Shown here: in pieces, positions 56,997-64,000 of the stretch
How positions within the stretch are numbered: position 1 is the stretch's first letter
How the letters are laid out: the number at the start of each line of letters is the position of its first letter
Virus record (IMG/VR): IMGVR_UViG_3300009514_000374
Location: 32,001 to 96,000 of that record
Source: a virus
Reading direction: 5' to 3' (one strand)
DNA: 64,000 nt
Made by a program: the position numbers and the translations under genes
The notes under the pieces: model-generated
The model's database searches: none
What the model saw: only the letters and a program-made list of their open reading frames with translations
What the model was told of the DNA's origin: nothing

Positions 56997-57008
56997 TATT
57001 CGGGCTAT
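56997..57008 (+). promoter_or_regulatory. candidate late promoter TA-N6-CTAT
   Basis: TATTCGGGCTAT 22 nt before ATG 57031. Confidence 0.5.
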
Positions 57009-57030
57009 GGGCGTGCCTCTAGCGAAGGCT

Positions 57031-60000
57031 ATGGCCCACAAGCCCACAAAGGCGCGGACAGCGTACACCGTCGAACCCACTGAGGGTGGCGTTGTGATCT
57101 GGCCCGAGAATCGGATCGAGCAGGCGTTTATCGACACGTTTGCCGCTCGGGTTGCGGGTCAGAGGCTTGGCGTGGCGAAGGGTCACAATATCGACCTGTC
57201 CGAAGATCCAATTCACCCGGACGAGGACGACGAGGACGAGTGGAAGGTGGACGAGGAACCGATGTCCATGGGGCATTCGGAGCTTCCCGGCGCCGAGGGC
57301 CGGACGGCGCGGGACTGGACCGCGCCAGGCAGAATCCTCGGCTTTAAGATCCGGTACGACGCCGAAAATGTAATGAGCCACCATCCCATCGTGATGGCCT
57401 TCGACGGGGAGACGGAGATTGGTTTCGTTGAGTTGGTCATGCTCGATGACCCTCCCTCTCATTGCGAGGACGAGTGGACTGAGGTTAGGGACGAGTTGGA
57501 ACGACGGGGTGCCCTTGGTGTCTACACCTACGCGGTAGTGGAGTCCTGGCTGGCGGACGAGTATCACCACAACCGTATCGGGGTGGGGATGTACGAGGCG
57601 GCGATGGCTGCTCTGTCAGACCCCCAGGAGCCAGTCATCCTGGTTGCGAGTCGGTGCAGAGGCGGCCCTACGAGCCATCAAGCGAGTCGTGTGTGGGAGT
57701 CCATGGCGCGTCGCTACGTGTCCTCGGGACAGGTTGTTTCGTCCGTTCCCAAGGCCAAAGCTCGGGTGGCGAATGTGGCTCGCCGCTTCATGGCGAAGGC
57801 GACGGGCACCCGTGCCGGCGACGGCTCCAGCGTGGGGTTGTTCATCCGCCTGCCGAAGCACCTGGCGACGCAATTCCCTGGCCTCGGAGAGAACGACTCG
57901 TCTCCAAGCCACGTCACGTTTCTCTACATCGGGGATTTCAAGGACAAGGACGAGCAGGCCCGGTTGGTCGTCACTCTGCGCGACATCCTTCGACGCTGGT
58001 GGCCCAAGTGTAAGGCAAGCCTCGGTGACCTGGAGTATTTCGACCACCCCGACAAGAACCGCCGCGTCCCGCATGTGTCCGTCGATTTCGACAAGGATCT
58101 GTCGGGGTTCAAGCAGCGGGTCATGCAGGAGCTTCGGGACGAGGGCTTTGAGGTCGGTGACAAGTTCCCCGAGTTCAAGCCACACGTCACGCTCGCGTAC
58201 ATGCCAGGCATGGACGGGGAGTGGGACAAGCCCGTGCCAGAAGGCTCGTGGGATGTCACTGAGATGGAGATATGGGGGATGCCCCGCGTACACACGATTC
58301 CAATTGGCAAAGCGTCGAGTCAACGAGTGGCTTCTTTGTGGCTTGAGGGGAGCACCCACGCGAAATCGGTTGCTTTGATGCGGTTCCTGTCCCGATTGGC
58401 TCAGCGTCTCGGGGTTGCCCGTCACACCTACGTCGTTGGCGGGGCCATTCGGAATTTCCTGATCGAGCAACCGATCAAGGACATCGACGTAGTGATCGAC
58501 TCGGTTGCTGCGGGCAAGGATTCCGAGTGGTTTGCCGAGCAGGTTGCGCGTGCCATTCCGGCGCCAACAAACCTGACGACGAACCAGTACGGCGTTGCCA
58601 TCCTGACCGTGAAGGGGGATTGGGATCTGGACGGCGAAAGCCTCAAGGGCGAGGTGATCGAAATCGCCAACGCTCGCAAGGAGAGCTACGGCGGTGCGGA
58701 GGGTAAGGGCTACAAACCACACATGGTTGAGCCGACAACCATTGACGAGGATGTCTACCGGCGCGAATTCACGTTCAACTGCATGGGAGGGGATACTCTG
58801 ATTCCCACCAAGCGGGGTATCCTTCGCATTGATGAGATCGCGTCTCGTGAGAACGGGGACCGGCAAGATATTCATTTGACAGTGGCGGGACAGGACGGTC
58901 CTTCGGAGGCTGTGGGATGGCAGTACAGCGGGTACGCGCCGACTCTGCGGGTGACCTCCGAGTGGGGACACACCTTCACCTGCACCCACCACCACCCCGT
59001 TCTGGTTCTGCGGGGGCATGACCATGAGTGGGTTCAGGCAGATCAGCTTGCAGAGGGCGACCTGCTTTGCGTGCCCGTGCGGCAGGTGTCGAGGCGAGAC
59101 CCTCTCGCTTTGGATTTGCCTGACCCGGTGCAGCCCAAGAGGGGCAGGCTCAAGGGTGCTCGGAAGCCTGAGATAATGACGCCGGAGTTGGCGTTTTTGA
59201 TCGGGTGTGTGGTGGCAGAGGGTTCCAACACCCACAAGCGGGTGTCTTTCAGTAACTCCGACCCCAATCTCATTTCCCGCTACGCCGAGTGCTTCCACGC
59301 CACTTTTGGATTTCTCCCCTCCCGTAATAAGGTGGTGAGCAAAGGCTCTGTCCGTGTCCTACGGGGGGTGGAATTTGTCGCCAACCATGACGGCTACGAC
59401 ATTTACGCCGACAGTAAAGCAGTGGTGGGCTGGTTGGAAGACCTCGGCTTGTACTGCGGAGGCTCCAAGGACGGGAAATCCGCTTCCCATCACAAGGTTG
59501 TTCCGTGGTCGATCCTACAAGCGGACGCGCGTAGCCAGTGGGCGTTTCTTGCGGCTTATCTTGAAGGGGACGGATCTATCCGGCCGGATACCGGGCGCAT
59601 CACATACTGTTCGGCCTCCCCGAAAGTGCGTCAACAGTTGCAGGTGCTCCTGGGAGCGCACGGCATCTTGAGCAAGGTGAAGGATAGGTTTGTCTACCTT
59701 AGCGCCGTGGATTCGGCTCTCTTGTGGGAGAAGGTTCGCCCGTGGATGGTTACCAAGGGGTTCGACTACACGCGAGACAGCAAGTCCCGTAACCGTTACG
59801 GAATTCCCGCAGATCACATCCGGGGGTTTCTTGCGGGCCGTAAACAAGCTCGTTCCGTGTACGCCACGGACGAGGGCGGGCTCCGGTCCCTTCCAGACGC
59901 TCACGAGCCTGTCCGTAAGGTTCAGCGGCTTCTACACGACGCCTACGCTCGGGGAGATTTCGACGGGCTCCTGTCGAGTCTCAAGATCATTAGCGGAGAC

Positions 60001-60888
60001 GAACACGCCAAGCTACAGCGGTTGTTTGACCTGGGCTACCAGTATGTCGAGGTTGCGTCAGTTGAAGATGCTGGAGATCAGGACGTATTCGACATTTCGA
60101 TGGGTGAGGGGGTAGAGCCCGCTTTTGTGGCGAACGGTGTGGTGGTTCACAACACGCTCATGTGGCGGTTGCTGGACCTGACCCACGGACCCGAGAAGGC
60201 CGAGGTAATCGACCTGACCGGCTGTGGTCGCCGGGATCTGGAGCAGGGCGTTCTCAAATGCCCGCGTGACCCCGACATCGTGTTCGCGGACGACGCGACT
60301 CGTATCCTTCGGGCGATCAAATTCACCGGCAAGTACGGATTCAAGATCCCGCCTGACCTGGCCGCCGCGATCAAGCGCAACGCTCCGAAGATGAAGCAGA
60401 TGCCCTACGAGGCGTTGAAAGACATCCTCGTGGATAACATCTTGCCCGAGCCGACCGCTCGCAAATCGCTCCAGCAGATGAAGGATCTCGGCATCCTCGA
60501 TGTGCTGCACGACATGATTCAGGAGCAGAAGCCGTTTGCTTCGGCCATCGCCAAGGTGCTCGGTCGGGAGCGTCGGGTTCAGGTTCTACTCGACTGGCTG
60601 CATCTTGGCCTGCCCGCCAAGACCCCGCTGCATTTCCTTGGGGCGCATGAGCGAGTCCGAGTCCGCGAGATCACGGTTCCGATGGACGAGGACAAGGCGA
60701 CTGATTGGATGCACCGGCTGATCAAGCCTCCGGTCAACAATAACGAGGTCATCGAAGCTCACTCGCTCGTTGGGCGGGACCGCGCGATGATCATGCCGCT
60801 TGCTCGCAAGCTGATTCTCGTAGACCCCGACCTCGCCTACGACGGCCGCGCCCTGACGCGCGAGGTGATTGAAAGGTGGGTGCGGTGA
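57031..60888 (+). CDS. polyprotein: GNAT-like + 2H phosphoesterase + CCA/poly(A)-type nucleotidyltransferase (intein-containing)
   Basis: GNAT-like ~57330-57745; HVTF/HVTL 2H motifs ~57830-58305; VGGAIRN, DID, EIA, RREFTFN|TL, DDATRILRA; alternative start 57007. Confidence 0.85.
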   Translation: MAHKPTKARTAYTVEPTEGGVVIWPENRIEQAFIDTFAARVAGQRLGVAKGHNIDLSEDPIHPDEDDEDEWKVDEEPMSMGHSELPGAEGRTARDWTAPGRILGFKIRYDAENVMSHHPIVMAFDGETEIGFVELVMLDDPPSHCEDEWTEVRDELERRGALGVYTYAVVESWLADEYHHNRIGVGMYEAAMAALSDPQEPVILVASRCRGGPTSHQASRVWESMARRYVSSGQVVSSVPKAKARVANVARRFMAKATGTRAGDGSSVGLFIRLPKHLATQFPGLGENDSSPSHVTFLYIGDFKDKDEQARLVVTLRDILRRWWPKCKASLGDLEYFDHPDKNRRVPHVSVDFDKDLSGFKQRVMQELRDEGFEVGDKFPEFKPHVTLAYMPGMDGEWDKPVPEGSWDVTEMEIWGMPRVHTIPIGKASSQRVASLWLEGSTHAKSVALMRFLSRLAQRLGVARHTYVVGGAIRNFLIEQPIKDIDVVIDSVAAGKDSEWFAEQVARAIPAPTNLTTNQYGVAILTVKGDWDLDGESLKGEVIEIANARKESYGGAEGKGYKPHMVEPTTIDEDVYRREFTFNCMGGDTLIPTKRGILRIDEIASRENGDRQDIHLTVAGQDGPSEAVGWQYSGYAPTLRVTSEWGHTFTCTHHHPVLVLRGHDHEWVQADQLAEGDLLCVPVRQVSRRDPLALDLPDPVQPKRGRLKGARKPEIMTPELAFLIGCVVAEGSNTHKRVSFSNSDPNLISRYAECFHATFGFLPSRNKVVSKGSVRVLRGVEFVANHDGYDIYADSKAVVGWLEDLGLYCGGSKDGKSASHHKVVPWSILQADARSQWAFLAAYLEGDGSIRPDTGRITYCSASPKVRQQLQVLLGAHGILSKVKDRFVYLSAVDSALLWEKVRPWMVTKGFDYTRDSKSRNRYGIPADHIRGFLAGRKQARSVYATDEGGLRSLPDAHEPVRKVQRLLHDAYARGDFDGLLSSLKIISGDEHAKLQRLFDLGYQYVEVASVEDAGDQDVFDISMGEGVEPAFVANGVVVHNTLMWRLLDLTHGPEKAEVIDLTGCGRRDLEQGVLKCPRDPDIVFADDATRILRAIKFTGKYGFKIPPDLAAAIKRNAPKMKQMPYEALKDILVDNILPEPTARKSLQQMKDLGILDVLHDMIQEQKPFASAIAKVLGRERRVQVLLDWLHLGLPAKTPLHFLGAHERVRVREITVPMDEDKATDWMHRLIKPPVNNNEVIEAHSLVGRDRAMIMPLARKLILVDPDLAYDGRALTREVIERWVR
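58780..60153 (+). mobile_element. 458-aa intein with LAGLIDADG homing endonuclease
   Basis: Starts CMGGDT; block B TCTHHHP; LIGCVVAEG and FLAAYLEGDG; block F VFDI; ends VVHN followed by Thr(+1). Confidence 0.92.
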
Positions 60889-61970
60889 AGCCATCGGCAA
60901 ACCGCGTCGCGTCGCTCCACCGCGCTGGCTATTTCAGCGTCGGCGACCTGATCTTGTTTGGAAAGTACAAGAACAAGAAGGGCAAGATCGTCGGGTTTGG
61001 CCGCACGGAAAAGAACGTGCCTACGGTCATTGTCGAACCCATCCCCAAGGGCCGCAAAAAGAACAAGGAGATCGGCCTGTTCAAGATCTGGCATGGCGTG
61101 CCTGAGAAGCGTGCGATGACGATGGAGGCTCGTGTAGCTCACCGCTATGCTTTTGAGCACCCAAGCGAGAAGGCTCGCCAGCAGTACCTCAAAGATCACC
61201 CCGGAGCCGATCCTAAGAAGCACCATGTCAAGGGGCCGTCGAAGCCGAGCAAGGTCAAGAGTCTCGTAGATCGGGCGCTCGCCAAGGTGAAGGGCGCGAA
61301 GGACCACATGGTCGCTGCGGTTCGTGCGGCCCCGGCCGAGGTTCACTCGTTCCTGTTCGACAAGGCCCATCGGAACAAGCGGACCAAGGAGCTTGCCGCG
61401 AAGCTCAAGGAGAACGCACCCAAGGCTAAGAAGGCTCTGTTCAGCGCCCTCAAGCGCGAGCTTTCGTCGTTCCCGAAAGCGGGGGCCATCCTCAAGCGGG
61501 TCGCAACGGGAGGCAAGCTCCAAAAGGGCGATGTCAAGACCCTCTATGGTGTCGGCGTCTACATCGCGGGCACTGTTCTTGGCGCGATGTCGGGAGGGGC
61601 TGCGGGCGCGGCTTTGTTTGGGGCCTCCAAGGCGCTCCTGCACAGCCTCAGTTTGCACGCTTCGATCAAGGCAGTCAGCCATCTCGCCGACGAGGGGTTC
61701 CTTGGCTACGAGGCGGTGGAGAGTGGCGCGATGGCGACGGGCCTGGCCGATGCGTTGCCGGTGAACACGAGTGACCTGCCTGGCTTGGGCAAGGTGTTTG
61801 ACGTGCTCAAAGAGGTGGTCACAGCAGCCGACGAGAAGGACGACGAATACCTGCGCAAGTTTGTTGAGGCCATGTACGACGACATTGTGAAGCAACTGGA
61901 GCAGGGCATCAGCGACGCTGACATTCGGGACGTTCTCGTTCACGGGGTTCAGCCAAAGGGGGCCGCATGA
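60885..61970 (+). CDS. tagged multidomain protein (SH3/KOW-like + hydrophobic Gly/Ala segment)
   Basis: RVASLH and RVAHRY tags; VGD.ILFGKYKNKKGKI; GVGVYIAGTVLGAMSGGAAGAALFG. Confidence 0.7.
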   Translation: MKPSANRVASLHRAGYFSVGDLILFGKYKNKKGKIVGFGRTEKNVPTVIVEPIPKGRKKNKEIGLFKIWHGVPEKRAMTMEARVAHRYAFEHPSEKARQQYLKDHPGADPKKHHVKGPSKPSKVKSLVDRALAKVKGAKDHMVAAVRAAPAEVHSFLFDKAHRNKRTKELAAKLKENAPKAKKALFSALKRELSSFPKAGAILKRVATGGKLQKGDVKTLYGVGVYIAGTVLGAMSGGAAGAALFGASKALLHSLSLHASIKAVSHLADEGFLGYEAVESGAMATGLADALPVNTSDLPGLGKVFDVLKEVVTAADEKDDEYLRKFVEAMYDDIVKQLEQGISDADIRDVLVHGVQPKGAA

Positions 61971-64000
61971 GCGCAGCACGCATCGCCGCCCTTCACATGG
62001 CGAAGGCCAGGTACAAGGACAAAAAGGTCGTCAAGGACTCGGACGGGAAGGATATGACCGTGTACGAGTACAGTGACCGCCAGGTTTCCAAGCGGAACAA
62101 CGACAAGGCCGATCGTGTGCAGAAGCTCCGGTCCCTTCGATCCGATCTCGTGAAGCGGGTCAAGAAGGACTACAAGGCCAAGGATCTCAAGACGCGGCTC
62201 ACGGCGTTGGCCGTGGGTTTGATCGACCATACCTACGAGCGTGTTGGCAACGACGAGAGTGCGGGCGAAGGCCACTTTGGCGTGACCGGCTGGCTCGTCA
62301 AGCATGTCTCGTTCTCGGGCGGCAAGGCGACGATCCGGTACGTCGGTAAGAGTGCAGTCAAGCAGACCAAGGTCGTGACTGATCCGGGGGCGGTCAAGCT
62401 GCTCAAAGAAGCGGTCAAGGGCAAGAGCCCCGGCGATCAGATCTTCACCTGCGACGACGCGGGCGAGAAGGTGTGCGTGACCTCGGCCGAGGTCAATGCC
62501 TACCTGCCGGAAGGGATCACGGCAAAGGATCTACGAGGGCTTCACGCGAACGAGGAAATGCTCGTCAAGCTCAAGGCGCAGCGTAAGGGTCCGCTCCCGA
62601 GTGACAAGAAAAAGCGCGAAAAGAAGCTCAAGGACGAATTCAAGCGGGCGCTGGAGGAAACGGCCAAGGTGGTCGGCCACGAGCCGAGCACGCTCCGTAG
62701 CCAGTACCTCGTCCCTGCGATGGAGGACGCCTACATGAAGGACGGCACGGTGATCGACAAGCTCAACGAAAAACGCTCGTCGCTGGAGGCCGCGTGGGAT
62801 CACTTGGCGACCAAGACGGACGAGGAAAAGAAGGACGAGGACGCTGATAAGAACGTCCGCAAGGACCCGAAAAAGAAGCCTCCGCGCTACGACCTCCGTG
62901 ACAACAAGATTCACGATCCTGATCTCAATGGGGATCCCGACATGAAGGACGAGGCCAAGGCCGACAAGGACCCTGATCTCTCCCTCAACTACAAGCGAGT
63001 TGCGCGACGGTTCTTTGCGCGCAAGACCTCACCTACGGAATCCGGCGCCAAGGCGCTGTGGGAGCGGCACAAGCAAAAGAGCCCCGGCACCAAGCTCAAT
63101 TGGCAGGATTTCTTTGAGCGCAAGGACAAGGGCACCATCCAAGAGGTTCGGGACGCGATCAAGCCCAAGGACAAGCCCAAAGACGAGCCCGCGAAGCCCA
63201 AGAAGCCCAAGGCCCCGGAGGACGAGGGCGAGGCTAAGGAGAAGCCCGAGGACGAGGACAAGGCCAAGAAGAAGCCCGCCGAAGGCGAGGCGCCCACTGA
63301 GGATCCGCAGGCTGAGCAAGCCGCCAAGGAGAAGGAGCACAAGGAGCGTGTTCAGAGTGCCGTGACCGATTCGGCGCAGGCATACGACTCCGTGTTCGGC
63401 GGAGGCCGTGTCCAGGTTCCCCGCGAGGTAAGCCGATACCTTCCCCAAGCCCTCTCCAACATGACGCCGGAGCAGGTCGAGAGTTTCAACCAGGCCACGC
63501 AACAGCGCGCTCAGGCGATGCAGAACGAGGGTTTGCGTGGTGAAAATGTGGTCGAACGGGCTGAACGGACGCTGGATGACTACAGCGACGAGCAGATCGA
63601 GAACATCTCTGATCCAGCACGGCTGGCACAGGTAGTTGCTGATCTTACGTTCTCCGAGCACGTCCTGTCCCTCGACAAGAAGCGGCAAAAAGGCGTGAAG
63701 CGGGCGCTTAGCAAAGCGTTCGACCAGATCGAGAAGCAGTTGCAAAAGGAAACCAAGGACGGGCGGTACCGCCTGCCTTCGGAAATTCGACGCACGATCT
63801 CAGACCAGATGGGGAGCTTGGAGCCCGATCAGATCCAACAGTTCGTCCAGGGCGTGACGGAAAACCTGGCGGACAATGCGACCAAGTACGACGACAGCGA
63901 TGAATCTGTCGAGCGCGCCCAAGGTGATCTTGAGGAATTCTCCGAGCTAATCGAGGGAGTTTCGGATCCGAATGTGATGGCGCAAGAGGTCGCTTCGCAG
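61967..64000 (+). CDS. topoisomerase IB catalytic domain fused to a long C-terminal region (3'-truncated; missing from the ORF track)
   Basis: ATG 61967, open to the window end; RVGN, GK, KDLR, GH, catalytic Tyr (SQYL, codon 62705-62707). Confidence 0.85.
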   Translation, partial: MSAARIAALHMAKARYKDKKVVKDSDGKDMTVYEYSDRQVSKRNNDKADRVQKLRSLRSDLVKRVKKDYKAKDLKTRLTALAVGLIDHTYERVGNDESAGEGHFGVTGWLVKHVSFSGGKATIRYVGKSAVKQTKVVTDPGAVKLLKEAVKGKSPGDQIFTCDDAGEKVCVTSAEVNAYLPEGITAKDLRGLHANEEMLVKLKAQRKGPLPSDKKKREKKLKDEFKRALEETAKVVGHEPSTLRSQYLVPAMEDAYMKDGTVIDKLNEKRSSLEAAWDHLATKTDEEKKDEDADKNVRKDPKKKPPRYDLRDNKIHDPDLNGDPDMKDEAKADKDPDLSLNYKRVARRFFARKTSPTESGAKALWERHKQKSPGTKLNWQDFFERKDKGTIQEVRDAIKPKDKPKDEPAKPKKPKAPEDEGEAKEKPEDEDKAKKKPAEGEAPTEDPQAEQAAKEKEHKERVQSAVTDSAQAYDSVFGGGRVQVPREVSRYLPQALSNMTPEQVESFNQATQQRAQAMQNEGLRGENVVERAERTLDDYSDEQIENISDPARLAQVVADLTFSEHVLSLDKKRQKGVKRALSKAFDQIEKQLQKETKDGRYRLPSEIRRTISDQMGSLEPDQIQQFVQGVTENLADNATKYDDSDESVERAQGDLEEFSELIEGVSDPNVMAQEVASQ

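Noticed and set aside
57616-59298. 560-aa minus-strand ORF
   Set aside because: Antisense to the 2H, nucleotidyltransferase and intein coding region
1-64000. Alternative genetic code or stop-codon reassignment
   Set aside because: Genes are full-length and tightly coupled under code 11, ending in TAG, TGA and TAA

Overview
GC-rich, gene-dense, almost entirely + strand segment of a large (jumbo-type) tailed dsDNA bacteriophage or prophage. No rRNA, intact tRNA or CRISPR array was seen. It has three blocks. (1) About 1-17 kb: virion-associated and accessory genes, including an alpha/beta hydrolase fusion, a Vsr-like endonuclease, C39-like and transglutaminase-like Cys enzymes, an HExxH protein, a LamG-type virion protein and a divergent pair of sigma-factor-like genes. 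(2) About 17-41 kb: a bacterial-style replication and recombination operon with Pol III delta', delta, gamma/tau and beta clamp, class II RNR, RecD2, SSB, RuvC, RecA, an SbcC/Rad50 split into two genes, SbcD, a Cas4/AddB-like nuclease, a TOPRIM-only primase, a MazG-like protein, NusG and a tandem sigma-region-4 protein. (3) About 41-64 kb: late and packaging genes, including a lipoprotein, fibre-like proteins, a Dps fusion, terminase, portal, a GNAT-2H phosphoesterase-CCA nucleotidyltransferase polyprotein with a LAGLIDADG intein, and a topoisomerase IB fusion that runs off the end. The main unexplained signal is a shared peptide vocabulary on unrelated proteins of blocks 1 and 3. It consists of a ~27-aa LRxxLIRLAHxxPELRxxLLPLL tag (6 clear copies plus 1 degenerate), a short (R/K)VAx(R/L)(Y/F/H/W) helix (~15 copies) and (K/R)xA junctions at domain boundaries. 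My inference is that this is a capsid-targeting and proteolytic-release system that loads enzymes into the virion. A candidate phage late promoter, TA-N6-CTAT, and leaderless sigma70-type promoters are also visible. All family assignments come from motif recognition by eye; no database searches were run.
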